This document shows positions 1 through 9,656 of a stretch of DNA of 64,000 bases, piece by piece. The stretch comes from Candidatus Omnitrophota bacterium. Lineage in GTDB: Bacteria > Omnitrophota > Gorgyraeia > Zapsychrales > Zapsychraceae. Each line of letters opens with the position of its first letter. The first letter of the stretch is position 1. The stretch is from the NCBI GenBank assembly GCA_015233115.1, contig JADFYJ010000005.1:22359-86358 (forward strand). Direction: 5' to 3'. The notes under the pieces are model-generated. The model ran no database searches. It saw nothing but the letters and a program-made list of their open reading frames with translations, and had not been told where the DNA came from. A program made the translations under genes and the position numbers.

Positions 1-477
1 TCCCAATACTCCGGGAATAAGCCGCACCACCGTATCGACCACAACCATAGCCGGAAGTTCGCCGCCAGTCAGCACATAATCCCCAATCGAAACGCATTCA
101 TCCACGACGAGGTCACGCACCCGTTCATCAATGCCTTCATAATGACCGCATATAATAACTAAATTTTTTTCATTTGACAAGTGTTTTGCTAAACTTTGTT
201 TCAAAACCGTTCCGCTAGGGCACATGAGCAAAACCTTGCATTTCCTGCGGCCTTTAATCTTTTTGACCGCGTCCACCAAAGGCTGAGCCAGCATCACCAT
301 CCCCGGCCCCCCGCCAAACGGCCGGTCATCTACCTTGCGGTGCTTATCATCCGTGTAATCCCGAAGATCATGGACAGTGATCGAGCACAGCTTCTTCTCC
401 TGCGCCCGTTTCATAATAGACTCCTCAAGCACAGGGCGGAACATTTCAGGAAAAATGGTAATAATGTCGATTTTCAT
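1..477 (-). CDS. trmD: tRNA (guanine37-N1)-methyltransferase, partial (3' end outside window)
   Basis: Manual translation from ATG at 477: [29 protein letters not shown]...[12 protein letters not shown]...[12 protein letters not shown]...[17 protein letters not shown] (TrmD signatures). Confidence 0.96.
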   Translation of the reverse strand, partial: MKIDIITIFPEMFRPVLEESIMKRAQEKKLCSITVHDLRDYTDDKHRKVDDRPFGGGPGMVMLAQPLVDAVKKIKGRRKCKVLLMCPSGTVLKQSLAKHLSNEKNLVIICGHYEGIDERVRDLVVDECVSIGDYVLTGGELPAMVVVDTVVRLIPGVLG

Positions 478-489
478 AATTTGACTCCA

Positions 490-789
490 TCAATTAAGAC
501 TGCAAGCATGTACTTCCTGAGAAATTTTATTTCCTAATTCTTCTAATTCAATATCCAAGTCATATGCTGATTGCAGATTCATCCAAAATTGCGGCGATGT
601 TTTAAAATAAATTCCTAAGCGTAAAGCCGTATCCGCTGTGACCCGTCTTTTGCCTAACACAATTTCATTAATCCGCCGCGGAGGAACTTTAATATCCCGG
701 GCTATCCGGTTTTGACTGATACATAATGGCTTTAAAAATTCCTCATTCAGCACTTCACCGGGATGTATAGGGCTTAATTTTTTATTCAT
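490..789 (-). CDS. higA: HigA family antitoxin (Xre HTH)
   Basis: IHPGEVL...RRINEIVLGKRRVTADTALRL...FWMNLQ..YDL motif; downstream of higB. Confidence 0.93.
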   Translation of the reverse strand: MNKKLSPIHPGEVLNEEFLKPLCISQNRIARDIKVPPRRINEIVLGKRRVTADTALRLGIYFKTSPQFWMNLQSAYDLDIELEELGNKISQEVHACSLN

Positions 790-810
790 AGGATTATTTC
801 TCCTTTATTC

Positions 811-1092
811 TTAATGATAGTCGACTATTTCGACATCAAACGCGTTATTTTCGCGCCATGTAAAACAAATTCTCCATTGATCATTAATGCGAATACTATG
901 CTGTTCTTTCCTCGCCCCTTTTAATTTTTCAAGCCTATTGCTTGGGGGAGCCGTCAAGTCTCTTAAGTCAATCGCGCTGTCAAGCATCCGGAGCTTCCTC
1001 AAAGCAATCTGCTGGATGCTTCCGGGCAATTGTTTAGAAAAAATTCGATTAAATACTTTTTCTGTTTCTTTGCACCTAAACAATTTGATCAT
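811..1092 (-). CDS. higB: HigB family RelE-like toxin
   Basis: PPSNRLEKLKG...HSIRINDQWRICF..W...VEIVDYH. Confidence 0.94.
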   Translation of the reverse strand: MIKLFRCKETEKVFNRIFSKQLPGSIQQIALRKLRMLDSAIDLRDLTAPPSNRLEKLKGARKEQHSIRINDQWRICFTWRENNAFDVEIVDYH

Positions 1093-1098
1093 AATGAA

Positions 1099-1127
1099 AG
1101 TATATAACGCGTAACGTTATATGTCAA
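1099..1127 (-). promoter_or_regulatory. sigma70 promoter of higBA with palindromic operator; likely leaderless transcript
   Basis: - strand TTGACA (1122-1127), 17 bp, TATACT (1099-1104); inverted repeat ATATAACG-N5-CGTTATAT (1102-1122) spans the spacer; ATG starts 7 nt after the -10. Confidence 0.85.
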
Positions 1128-1162
1128 GATTTCTGCTCCGCCCGATTCAAAAGGCAATAAAG

Positions 1163-3322
1163 TTACTGACCTATCTTAGGGAACCATTTCAACTTATCTG
1201 CCTGCTTACCTAACTCCGTTTTCCCGCACGTCCTGATCAACGCCTTATAAAATTTATCCGCAAGCATAAGGTCGCACCTGGCAAGAAAAAGTCCTCCCTG
1301 GCATAATGCCTTGGCTTTAAGTTCATCGTTGTCCGAAAGAAGCTGGGCGCTTTGCCACATTAAATCCGCCGCCTTATAACGATAGTGAAATCTTTTATCC
1401 GGTGAAGGCAGAGAACTCAACGCACGACTTTCCTCATCACCAGTCCCATAGAAAAAACCGCGATGCGCGAATCTATGTTTTATGGACTCATAATTTGGGA
1501 AGGCTCCCCTATCCACAAAACCATCCGGATCCAACTCTGTTCCCATTAATTCCATTCCATAACGTCGCACTATAATTCCCGCATCATAATATGCTTTGGC
1601 CCGATCTTTTTTCGCTATCCTTTGATTCTGCGCATTCAAAAGTAAAACGTGAAGTTTGCCTAATGTCTCTCTCGGATTAATATTTTCATTCACCTGTTCA
1701 TATTCCGAATCACCTGACTTGTTTTTCTTTTCAATATATCCGCGGTCAATTTTTATTTTTGTTGGCATATATTTTCCGGCAGGCTCTAACTCTCCTTGTC
1801 GCACCAACCGCCTGGCCAAAAGATATTCCAACGCTTCCCGCAAAGTAAGTCCGCCGTCATCAATATTTTCGGCGAACTCGCCTTCATATATTTTTTGTTT
1901 GTTAGCTAACACAGAGTTCCCTTTGTTATTGTTCAAGAAATCCTCAAGCTCCTGAACAGTTAATACTTTTTCTGCCACATAAGCGATATCTTCCCAATAT
2001 TTTCCTTTCAGAAGAAAATCAAAAGCCATGGTGTATTCTTTTCTACTTAATTTTAAAACCGCCATATTTGAATTGAGCTCGCGCCCAATGTCTTCTTGAA
2101 AAAACATGTTTTTATCAGGACTTTTTTCAAATGAAGATATGACTTTCGACAATTTTCCAATAGCCTCGTCAACTTTTTCGTCTCGCAATGACAGTTTAAA
2201 ATCAATAAACCGAGCCAAAGGCGTTGAGAGTTTCGAAGATGTCAACCAGCGCTTTGCCAACGCCCTGTCACCTTTAATATAATATAGCCATGCTACTCGG
2301 TCTGCGTAATCAATCGGATCTGTTTTCTTTAATCCCTCGATCGCGGACAAAAGCCTGCTGAAAAAATCTTTATGCTTTTTATCGTCATTCAATTCCATTT
2401 CTTCCCAATATGGCCGGGAAATGGCCCATCCCAAAAGAATATTCCTCGCTGTTTTATCATTTACAATCGTCGCGATAGTGTTATCCGTTGTCTCAGAAAC
2501 ATTACTGCAAACCCAATTCAATGAATCAATATCCATCTGCTCTAAATAATGTTTAAGACTTGAAACATAATCTTTCTGTTCATACTCAGCCAGCGCTTGC
2601 CAGCCTAAACTTTCCTTCGCAAGACCCAATGAATCTATATAACCATTTTCAGCCATTTTTCTGGTTTGTTCAAAAAATGGAATCGCGCGTTTCTGATCAC
2701 GCAAAGATAAATACGCTTTGCCAATCATAAAGGAAGCCCAGGTGCTCTTATATTTACGTTCAGATTCCGGCAATTTAAATATTTTTGACCATTCGTTGAT
2801 GGACGCAAAAAAATCATTGATGTGATACTTTCCAGCACCAGTTAAATATAATCTAAATTCTTCCGGCACCTTTGACGTCAAAATAATACTTAGTTTATTC
2901 TTTAACAAATTGAGTTTAACCCGCTCGTGACTGCGAAATCTTCCCCCGTACCATAACGAATGGTCTTCTACTAAAAATGTCTGAAGATAGGAATTTATTT
3001 CGTCGCGCGATTTTTGATATGACATAACAGCATCATGGAATTCTTTTTCCGTAATTTGGGAAGCTTTTAAAGATTTTCTCAAATCACCCTCATCAACATC
3101 AGAAACACGTTTAGGCTGTGGGGCTTTTATTTCAAACGGCAGTTTATTTCCGCCTGTTCGTTTTAATTCAAACAAAAAATTCCCTTCAGGAATAGCTAAA
3201 AATTTTTCTTTGGAACTTCGGACAAAATAGGCATCATCATATTCCGGCGCACAGGCCAGCGCCAATGACGCGAATGAAAACAAAAAAACTATTATCAAAA
3301 AATAAAGATTAATTCGTTTCAT
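1163..3322 (-). CDS. Large secreted alpha-helical (TPR-like) protein, partner of DUF3142-like gene
   Basis: Start revised to MKRINLYFLII (signal peptide, ...ALAC); helical repeats; start overlaps the end of the upstream ORF. Confidence 0.65.
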   Translation of the reverse strand: MKRINLYFLIIVFLFSFASLALACAPEYDDAYFVRSSKEKFLAIPEGNFLFELKRTGGNKLPFEIKAPQPKRVSDVDEGDLRKSLKASQITEKEFHDAVMSYQKSRDEINSYLQTFLVEDHSLWYGGRFRSHERVKLNLLKNKLSIILTSKVPEEFRLYLTGAGKYHINDFFASINEWSKIFKLPESERKYKSTWASFMIGKAYLSLRDQKRAIPFFEQTRKMAENGYIDSLGLAKESLGWQALAEYEQKDYVSSLKHYLEQMDIDSLNWVCSNVSETTDNTIATIVNDKTARNILLGWAISRPYWEEMELNDDKKHKDFFSRLLSAIEGLKKTDPIDYADRVAWLYYIKGDRALAKRWLTSSKLSTPLARFIDFKLSLRDEKVDEAIGKLSKVISSFEKSPDKNMFFQEDIGRELNSNMAVLKLSRKEYTMAFDFLLKGKYWEDIAYVAEKVLTVQELEDFLNNNKGNSVLANKQKIYEGEFAENIDDGGLTLREALEYLLARRLVRQGELEPAGKYMPTKIKIDRGYIEKKNKSGDSEYEQVNENINPRETLGKLHVLLLNAQNQRIAKKDRAKAYYDAGIIVRRYGMELMGTELDPDGFVDRGAFPNYESIKHRFAHRGFFYGTGDEESRALSSLPSPDKRFHYRYKAADLMWQSAQLLSDNDELKAKALCQGGLFLARCDLMLADKFYKALIRTCGKTELGKQADKLKWFPKIGQ

Positions 3323-4568
3323 CGACTTTGGCCTCACTTTTCCTAATAAATAAATCTTTATTATCAGACACCCTAAACCATGCAGCCATCTTTTTTTGAG
3401 AAACACGCGGCGGCCGGCCCGTAATCCGCATCCCTTTTCCATCAGGAAGTGTCGAATAATCAAAATCGCCTAAAACATCAAAAACAGGGCTTCCCGTATC
3501 CCAAAAAATTTCAAACGACGCATTATTTGAAAAATTTATTTCCCCATCGTTTACAAGATAAACCTCTGTTATTCCATCGTCCTTGCGAACCAATTCAACA
3601 TCCAGATGACCGGCAGGTATTTCCCGTTTAATGACACGCGTAAATGTTTTCAAATCCCAGTTGAACCGATCTGAAGATAAAGGAAGCCGGAACCAACAAA
3701 CACCGCGGAAATTCTGTGACTTGACAGAATCAAGATATTTTAAAAAACCAATTATTTCTTGAGGGTCAGCAAAAACCATTTTCTTTTTTATTCCCTCAGC
3801 AAAATACTGTACGCCGCCTTCTGCTCTAAGTCCTATAAATTCATCAACTTTGCTGTAAGCAACCTCATAACCATATGTGGGGAGAGAAACATAGAAAGGC
3901 TTATTTAAATTAATCGTGCGGTTAAAATATTCAATGGACTTATCTTTTTGAAAAATATACTGCGACGTGTTTTTATTTTTGGGAAGTTCAAAAGAATGCA
4001 GCTGAAGAACATAGATATCAACCCAATTTAAAAGCGATAAGAAGTCTTTGCTTTCCAGCCAGGTCGGCAAAGCCGTGATTGAAACGGATTTCTCTTTGTA
4101 TGCAGATCGAAAAAGTTTTAGAAATCTTGCAAAATCATTCAATTTTGCCGTAGGACAATCATAATCTAATTCAATACCTGTAATATCAACGCCTGACTGC
4201 TTTGCCTGCTCAATAATGCCGTGGATCCCGTCAACAAGACACCTAACAATTGGCTGCTGATCCTGCACTTTTAAATATCGGGATAAATCCGTCCGCATGC
4301 GAATATCTATGACAGTTTTCTTTTTTGACCTTAAATATTCCCATTTAACAGCTACTTTTGAAAAACTAATATGGCCATTCTCAACCGTTAAATCACCTGC
4401 CAAAACCTTGAACTGAGTGCTTTGACTATTCAACTTCCCGATTGCCGCTTCTATTTCAGACCGCCAGCTCCTTTGCCAGATGTAAACCGAATTTTCATCG
4501 GCTCCTGATAAATTACAAACAGAAAGTACAAAAACAATGGTAAATATAATTTTTAAACCTACTTGCAT
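3309..4568 (-). CDS. Secreted DUF3142-like / GH18-like TIM-barrel protein
   Basis: Signal peptide; YIWQRSW, GIELDYDCPT.KL, SITALPTWL, YVLQLH, WFRLP motifs typical of DUF3142. Confidence 0.7.
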   Translation of the reverse strand: MQVGLKIIFTIVFVLSVCNLSGADENSVYIWQRSWRSEIEAAIGKLNSQSTQFKVLAGDLTVENGHISFSKVAVKWEYLRSKKKTVIDIRMRTDLSRYLKVQDQQPIVRCLVDGIHGIIEQAKQSGVDITGIELDYDCPTAKLNDFARFLKLFRSAYKEKSVSITALPTWLESKDFLSLLNWVDIYVLQLHSFELPKNKNTSQYIFQKDKSIEYFNRTINLNKPFYVSLPTYGYEVAYSKVDEFIGLRAEGGVQYFAEGIKKKMVFADPQEIIGFLKYLDSVKSQNFRGVCWFRLPLSSDRFNWDLKTFTRVIKREIPAGHLDVELVRKDDGITEVYLVNDGEINFSNNASFEIFWDTGSPVFDVLGDFDYSTLPDGKGMRITGRPPRVSQKKMAAWFRVSDNKDLFIRKSEAKVDETN

Positions 4569-5269
4569 ATAAAAATATGGAGATGATCTTTTGTAATCCA
4601 ATGACCTTTGGTGCATTGAATTTTTGGTTTGATGAACTTTTTGTCTTTGGCTTTCTTATCTGCTTGAGATTTCTTCGCGAATTCAGCTTCATATTCAGAA
4701 ACCCGGGGAACATAGCCTTTTATTTTATTAATAGTATCGGCACTGATATCTTTGGATGGCATCAAAAAATCTTTAACAGCATCCCATCTCGTCGGATCTT
4801 TTCCTGCTTTGGACGCCAACTGTTGTGCTTTGCCAATAGTACCCTGCCCTCCCGTATAAGCGGCAAAATCAAATTTTTCACGTTCGACAGGGTCAATTAT
4901 TGGGTATGTAAATAGTTTGGTACCAAGATTGGTTCTTTTAGAAAACGCGTAGTCAATATCTTTCAAATATCGTGCAGCGGCTATTGAAGAGTAATCAATA
5001 TCAAAACGTTGATCATTATCTTTAGAAACGTATAATCCATAATGTTCCGCCAAGGACTTCTGCAGCTGAAATTCACCCGCAGCGGCCGAAATACCCCGAT
5101 TATTCAACTTAGTTCCAAAACTGCTTTCTTTAGCATAAATTGCCTCAAGTGTATTTACATTCAACACATCTTTATCATCAAAATAAGTTGACGCATTTTC
5201 AAGAGCCTTACGGATATGTCCGTCTTCCTTTACAACCCAGATGTCTACATTAGTCATTTTCTTAGGCAT
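4559..5269 (-). CDS. Lytic transglycosylase (SLT/lysozyme-like) domain protein
   Basis: AIYAKESSFG (catalytic Glu), A.GEFQL, AARYLK, AAYTGG motifs. Confidence 0.75.
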   Translation of the reverse strand: MPKKMTNVDIWVVKEDGHIRKALENASTYFDDKDVLNVNTLEAIYAKESSFGTKLNNRGISAAAGEFQLQKSLAEHYGLYVSKDNDQRFDIDYSSIAAARYLKDIDYAFSKRTNLGTKLFTYPIIDPVEREKFDFAAYTGGQGTIGKAQQLASKAGKDPTRWDAVKDFLMPSKDISADTINKIKGYVPRVSEYEAEFAKKSQADKKAKDKKFIKPKIQCTKGHWITKDHLHIFICK

Positions 5270-5443
5270 AAATTCGTCCTTTCCGTGCAGAGAATATTTG
5301 TTGCGGAAAAATATAAAAGATACGAAGGCCAGATAAAATCATTGCACGATCCTGCACTTGGTGTTGATGCCCGGGAATAAATTAATTATAACAAAGTAAA
5401 ATTTATATTAAAATTATCTATCTTTTTTATAAGTAATAATTTT

Positions 5444-5707
5444 TCATTCATAATGAGTCCACATCCGTACAACTTTAACGACCATCTCTTTCTTATATAT
5501 TTGATAAACTATGCGATGCTGGATGTTAATACGTCGGGAATAAAAACCGGTTAAATCTCCGACTAGTTTTTCATACGAAGGCGGATTTTGAAAAGGATTT
5601 TGTTCTAAGATATTGAGAATCATTAAAGCTTTTGGCTTTAATCCGACGTTGAGAAGCCGTTTTGCGTCAGATTGAGCCTGTTTGGTAAAGATTACTTTCC
5701 AAGCCAT
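5444..5707 (-). CDS. yoeB: Txe/YoeB family toxin
   Basis: PPSYEKLVGDLTGFYSRRINIQHRIVY...MWTHYE. Confidence 0.93.
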   Translation of the reverse strand: MAWKVIFTKQAQSDAKRLLNVGLKPKALMILNILEQNPFQNPPSYEKLVGDLTGFYSRRINIQHRIVYQIYKKEMVVKVVRMWTHYE

Positions 5708-5711
5708 TTGC

Positions 5712-5954
5712 TTACCATTTGAGATGCGTTGAACAATTCTTTAGTGAAGTTTTGCCGCCAGCTATAATGGATTCCCGCATGCCTGGAATCGATACGAGAT
5801 AGAGAGTTTCCTGTATAGACCGCCAATCATCTTCAGAAATAAGAACAGCATTATTTCTTTTGCCGGTAATCTGAATGGGTTCATGTGATTGGGCGGAGTC
5901 ATCAACCAATTGATAGAGTTTGGCTCTCGCTTTAGTCGCAGTAATAGTTGTCAT
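5712..5954 (-). CDS. yefM: Phd/YefM family antitoxin
   Basis: MTTITATKARAKLYQLVD...PIQITGKRNNAVLISEDDWRSIQETLYL; start at ATG 5954 with GGGAG RBS. Confidence 0.93.
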   Translation of the reverse strand: MTTITATKARAKLYQLVDDSAQSHEPIQITGKRNNAVLISEDDWRSIQETLYLVSIPGMRESIIAGGKTSLKNCSTHLKW

Positions 5955-5974
5955 TTTTGTTTCTCCCAAGACTA

Positions 5975-6003
5975 AGCGTACTATATAGCGTACGCATTGT
6001 CAA
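5975..6003 (-). promoter_or_regulatory. yefM-yoeB promoter/operator
   Basis: TTGACA (5998-6003), 17 bp, TACGCT (5975-5980); two GTAC cores 12 bp apart (5978, 5990), resembling the paired TGTACA cores of YefM operators. Confidence 0.75.
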
Positions 6004-6024
6004 TGAATAATTTTTTTCTAAAAT

Positions 6025-6798
6025 TTACAAAGATTGTTCTATAAATTCCCTAAACAAAACAACTTTCTTCACTTCACCGGGAGCATAAAGGAACGGCTCT
6101 ACGTCTAAAGCTAATTGTTTAAAATTAAAATTTTTACAATGATCATTCAACTTGGTCTTTAATTGTTGGGCATTCTTTATCCCCAGTTTAGCAGTCAAAT
6201 ACGGATAATTTGGCGTGGTCTTCCCAGACAAATAAACTATGTCGAAAAAATCACGACCCATCGGACGCGGTCGATTTAAAGCGGCAAACAACTTTTGGGA
6301 CAAAAGGATATCAACAGGAACAACATTAATTCTCAAAAAAACATCAAATTTGTTAAGAATAATTTTATCCGATGAATACTTGAATTTCTGCGGCTGGGTA
6401 TCGACTTGGATTAGAATTTTTTCTTCCTTGTGGCCGGTTAATCCCAGATCAAAAAGAACATCAGAAAATCTGATATAAGCTCTGCATACATCTCCGAGAT
6501 TAATACGAACCTGGGTCGTGTACCCTGAAAGTTTTAACCGTTTCATGATTTCCTGTGTCATTTTCTCAAAATCCTTAGGCTTGAGAGAAAGATTGTCAAA
6601 GTCTAAATCTTCAGAAAACCGCGTATTCCCGTGAACAATTTGGATAGCCGTCCCTCCCATAAATGAAAGTCCTGCGCCATATGGAGAATCAAAAATAATT
6701 TCCAGAATTTTGTATTGTAGATACTCTCTAAGAATATTCCGTTTAAACGGCTTCAGGTTTGTTGGATAAAATGATTCAATGTTTTTTAAACTAAGCAT
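6025..6798 (-). CDS. abiEii: AbiEii family nucleotidyltransferase toxin (type IV TA)
   Basis: FMGGTAI...RFSEDLDF...KLFA...RPMGRDFFD. Confidence 0.9.
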   Translation of the reverse strand: MLSLKNIESFYPTNLKPFKRNILREYLQYKILEIIFDSPYGAGLSFMGGTAIQIVHGNTRFSEDLDFDNLSLKPKDFEKMTQEIMKRLKLSGYTTQVRINLGDVCRAYIRFSDVLFDLGLTGHKEEKILIQVDTQPQKFKYSSDKIILNKFDVFLRINVVPVDILLSQKLFAALNRPRPMGRDFFDIVYLSGKTTPNYPYLTAKLGIKNAQQLKTKLNDHCKNFNFKQLALDVEPFLYAPGEVKKVVLFREFIEQSL

Positions 6799-7408
6799 GG
6801 TTCATGACCTCCAAAAGTAATTTTATCCGTTCGGACAAGCCGGGCTGTCCGGAAAGCAACGCATATCTGTGAATAAGCCGCTTGTTAATAATCTTGGAGA
6901 ACAACTCCTTGTTAATTCTCATCCCTTCGAAATCTTCCTCGGCTCGAATAGATGGATTCAAATATAAATGATCGATAAACATTTTTTCCGGTGAAGCCAT
7001 TTTAAAATGCTTTCCACGGTGTTCGATCAGATCATAGCCAAAAAACATGTCCGGCTTGATGGTCCTATAACTAAATTGTGCTAATGGTGTTTGAAACTGG
7101 TAGGTTCTTCGTGTGGCAACTGCGGTAACCTCATAAACGCTTTCAGGGATGAGCCCGTAATAAGCGAAAGCCATTTGTAAAGAAACATATGAAGGCGCAT
7201 AAATCTTATTGGATATTTCAAATAGAACGCCTTCATCTACTTGTAAATCAGAAAAAACGTAATAACCTCGGGTCAATTTCTTAATGTAACCCTTATTTTG
7301 CCATTCAATGAGTCGGGGCCTATAAAAATCTTGTTCAACGCGTCGGATGTCGTTCAGCGAGAAAACCGTAAAATCTTTAAGCAAATTATGAAAATCCAGG
7401 TATCTCAT
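6791..7408 (-). CDS. abiEi: AbiEi family antitoxin / transcriptional regulator
   Basis: N-terminal wHTH (LTRGYY), PSYVSLQMAFAYYGLIPE, ASPEK..ID..Y; start revised to MRYLDF. Confidence 0.85.
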   Translation of the reverse strand: MRYLDFHNLLKDFTVFSLNDIRRVEQDFYRPRLIEWQNKGYIKKLTRGYYVFSDLQVDEGVLFEISNKIYAPSYVSLQMAFAYYGLIPESVYEVTAVATRRTYQFQTPLAQFSYRTIKPDMFFGYDLIEHRGKHFKMASPEKMFIDHLYLNPSIRAEEDFEGMRINKELFSKIINKRLIHRYALLSGQPGLSERIKLLLEVMNHA

Positions 7409-7411
7409 AGC

Positions 7412-7479
7412 ATTTCGTGAAAGTACGTTAAATAGTAACTTCACGAAATAAGTATATAACGAGAGGAAAAGGAAATCAA
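7412..7479 (-). promoter_or_regulatory. abiE promoter with inverted-repeat operator
   Basis: TTGATT (7474-7479), 17 bp, TATACT (7451-7456); inverted repeat ATTTCGTGAA (7412-7421) / TTCACGAAAT (7440-7449) just downstream. Confidence 0.7.
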
Positions 7480-7507
7480 GAGCAATATCGTATAACGGAT
7501 TATGCGT

Positions 7508-8632
7508 CTATTTTAATTCTGAACCATATTTTGTCAAAAATTCAGTCATAAAACTCTGATACTGATCTTGTTCTATGGCTTGGCGGATGCGGCGCATTAG
7601 ACTGATGTAGAAATAGAGATTATGGTAAGTCACGAGCTTAAGGCCGGTGATTTCTTTGAGTTTTAATAAATGGCGAATATAACTTTTAGAATATTTTTTA
7701 CAGACTAAACAGTCACAGTCCGGGTCAATTGGGCCGAAATCCGTTTTAAATTCTTCATTACGGACAATGATGCGGCCGCGGCTGGTAAAGGCTGTGCCAT
7801 GGCGCCCAAACCGGGTTGGCAGGCACGTATCGAACATATCTATGCCTTCACCAACAGCTTTGACAATCTGGTCTGGGAGACCGATGCCCATAAAATAATG
7901 CGGCTTATCAGCCGGTAAAAACGGCATGACCCATTCTAAGGCCTCAAACATATCTTTAACCGGCTCCCCTACACTAACTCCGCCGATGGCATACGCGTCA
8001 AAATCAACGTCAATAATTTCTTTGGCTGATCGTTCCCGCAAATCTTTATAAGTCGCTCCTTGAATGATGCCGAATCCAAATTGATTACGGTCGCTCCTGC
8101 GGTTTTCCAAAAAATATTTCCTGGCGCGCTTGGCCCACAATGTTGTCAAATATACGGAACGCTCGGCTTCTTCGCGGCTGCAGGGATAGGGTGCGCAAAC
8201 ATCCAAAGGCATAATCATATCCGCGCCTATGGATTGCTGAATATCCATCACCTTTTCAGGAGTAAAGAAATGATACGCTCCATCAATATGCGACTGAAAT
8301 TCCACGCCGTCTTCTCTGAGTTTTCGGAGTTTGGCCAAACTAAAAACCTGATATCCGCCACTGTCCGTCAAAGTCGGCTTATGCCAGTTCATGAAATTAT
8401 GCATACCGCCGGCAGCCTCAAAAACCTCCAACCCAGGACGTAAAAATAAGTGGTACGCGTTGCACAACACAATCTCTGCGCCCGTGTCATTAACGTCCTC
8501 AAACGTCAAACTCTTGACAGACGCGTTCGTGCCCACAGGCATAAAAAAAGGAGACTGAATCTCCCCATGCGCCGTAGTCACAACTCCGCGTCGAGCTTTA
8601 GTATTCTTATCGATCTTAATTAATTTAAACAT
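7508..8632 (-). CDS. tgt: tRNA-guanine transglycosylase
   Basis: FMPVGT, TDSGGYQVFSL, DMFDTCLPTR, CDCLVC Zn site. Confidence 0.97.
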   Translation of the reverse strand: MFKLIKIDKNTKARRGVVTTAHGEIQSPFFMPVGTNASVKSLTFEDVNDTGAEIVLCNAYHLFLRPGLEVFEAAGGMHNFMNWHKPTLTDSGGYQVFSLAKLRKLREDGVEFQSHIDGAYHFFTPEKVMDIQQSIGADMIMPLDVCAPYPCSREEAERSVYLTTLWAKRARKYFLENRRSDRNQFGFGIIQGATYKDLRERSAKEIIDVDFDAYAIGGVSVGEPVKDMFEALEWVMPFLPADKPHYFMGIGLPDQIVKAVGEGIDMFDTCLPTRFGRHGTAFTSRGRIIVRNEEFKTDFGPIDPDCDCLVCKKYSKSYIRHLLKLKEITGLKLVTYHNLYFYISLMRRIRQAIEQDQYQSFMTEFLTKYGSELK

Positions 8633-8643
8633 TTCTGCCTTCT

Positions 8644-9645
8644 TTACAAAATTACCATAGCATCCCCATAACTGAAAAATCTGTACTTCTCTTTGATGGC
8701 TTCCTGGTATGCTTGACGAATCAGGTCGGTTCCGGCTAACGCGCAGACTAGCATTAATAATGTGCTTTTGGGTAAATGGAAATTCGTAATTAAACCGTCC
8801 AGTATTTTAAATTCACACCCGGGATACAAAAATATATCTGTTGAGCCAGTAAGTTTACCACATCTTGCTACAGATTCAAGTACTCGTCCGCTAGTTGTGC
8901 CTACGGCGATAATTTTATGCCCCTCTGCTTTTTTAGCAGTAATCATTTTCCAAACGGCAGGTGTTAAAAAATATTCTTCAATATGCATTTTATGTTGTGT
9001 GATATCTGCGACATCTACGGGTTTAAATGTACCATATCCGACGTGCAAAGTCACCCGTTCTAAGCTGTGCCCCTGCGTTCTAAGCTGTTCTAGAAGTCTA
9101 TTCGTAAAATGTAATCCGGCAGTCGGCGCGGCTAATGATCCATCATGCTTCGCATAAACTGTTTGATAATATTTTCGATCTTCAGCCCGGTCTTCATGGT
9201 GAATGTATGGCGGAAGTGGAATGTGTCCAATTTTCTCCAGCCGTTTAATGATGTGGGGGAAGTTAAAACGAACCAGGCGATTGTCTTTATTGACTACAGT
9301 CGCGATGATCCCATCTTTGAAAAAAAGTTCTTCGCCTTCTTTCAATCGCCGAGTCGGGCGCATTAATACTTCAAAAGTCCAGTCATCAACTTGATGAAGC
9401 AAAAATATTTCCGCTTCACCGCCGGTTTGCCTCTTGGTCAAAAGACGGGCAGGAATAACCTTACTGTCATTCAGCACTAAAACTGACTTAGGCGGGAGAT
9501 ATTTTTCTATGTGGGAAAAATAATCATGCCGAATCGTTCCAGCTTTACGGTCAACGACCATTAAACGAGCCTGATCCCGTCTGTGCAAAGGATGCTGGGC
9601 AATCAATTCTTCCGGCAAATCATAATCAAAGTCACTTAAACGCAT
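8644..9645 (-). CDS. queA: S-adenosylmethionine:tRNA ribosyltransferase-isomerase
   Basis: FDYDLPEELIAQ, AAPTAGLHFT, TNFHLPKSTLL, YRFFSYGDAM. Confidence 0.97.
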   Translation of the reverse strand: MRLSDFDYDLPEELIAQHPLHRRDQARLMVVDRKAGTIRHDYFSHIEKYLPPKSVLVLNDSKVIPARLLTKRQTGGEAEIFLLHQVDDWTFEVLMRPTRRLKEGEELFFKDGIIATVVNKDNRLVRFNFPHIIKRLEKIGHIPLPPYIHHEDRAEDRKYYQTVYAKHDGSLAAPTAGLHFTNRLLEQLRTQGHSLERVTLHVGYGTFKPVDVADITQHKMHIEEYFLTPAVWKMITAKKAEGHKIIAVGTTSGRVLESVARCGKLTGSTDIFLYPGCEFKILDGLITNFHLPKSTLLMLVCALAGTDLIRQAYQEAIKEKYRFFSYGDAMVIL

Positions 9646-9656
9646 ATGATCCTGGT

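Noticed and set aside
196-537. 113-aa + strand ORF and the many other short antisense ORFs in the track
   Set aside because: They are shadows of well-supported genes on the opposite strand (here trmD).
5275-5380. Possible riboswitch in the SLT leader (GTGCAG/CTGCAC pairing)
   Set aside because: Only a 6-bp complementarity and no recognisable aptamer consensus.
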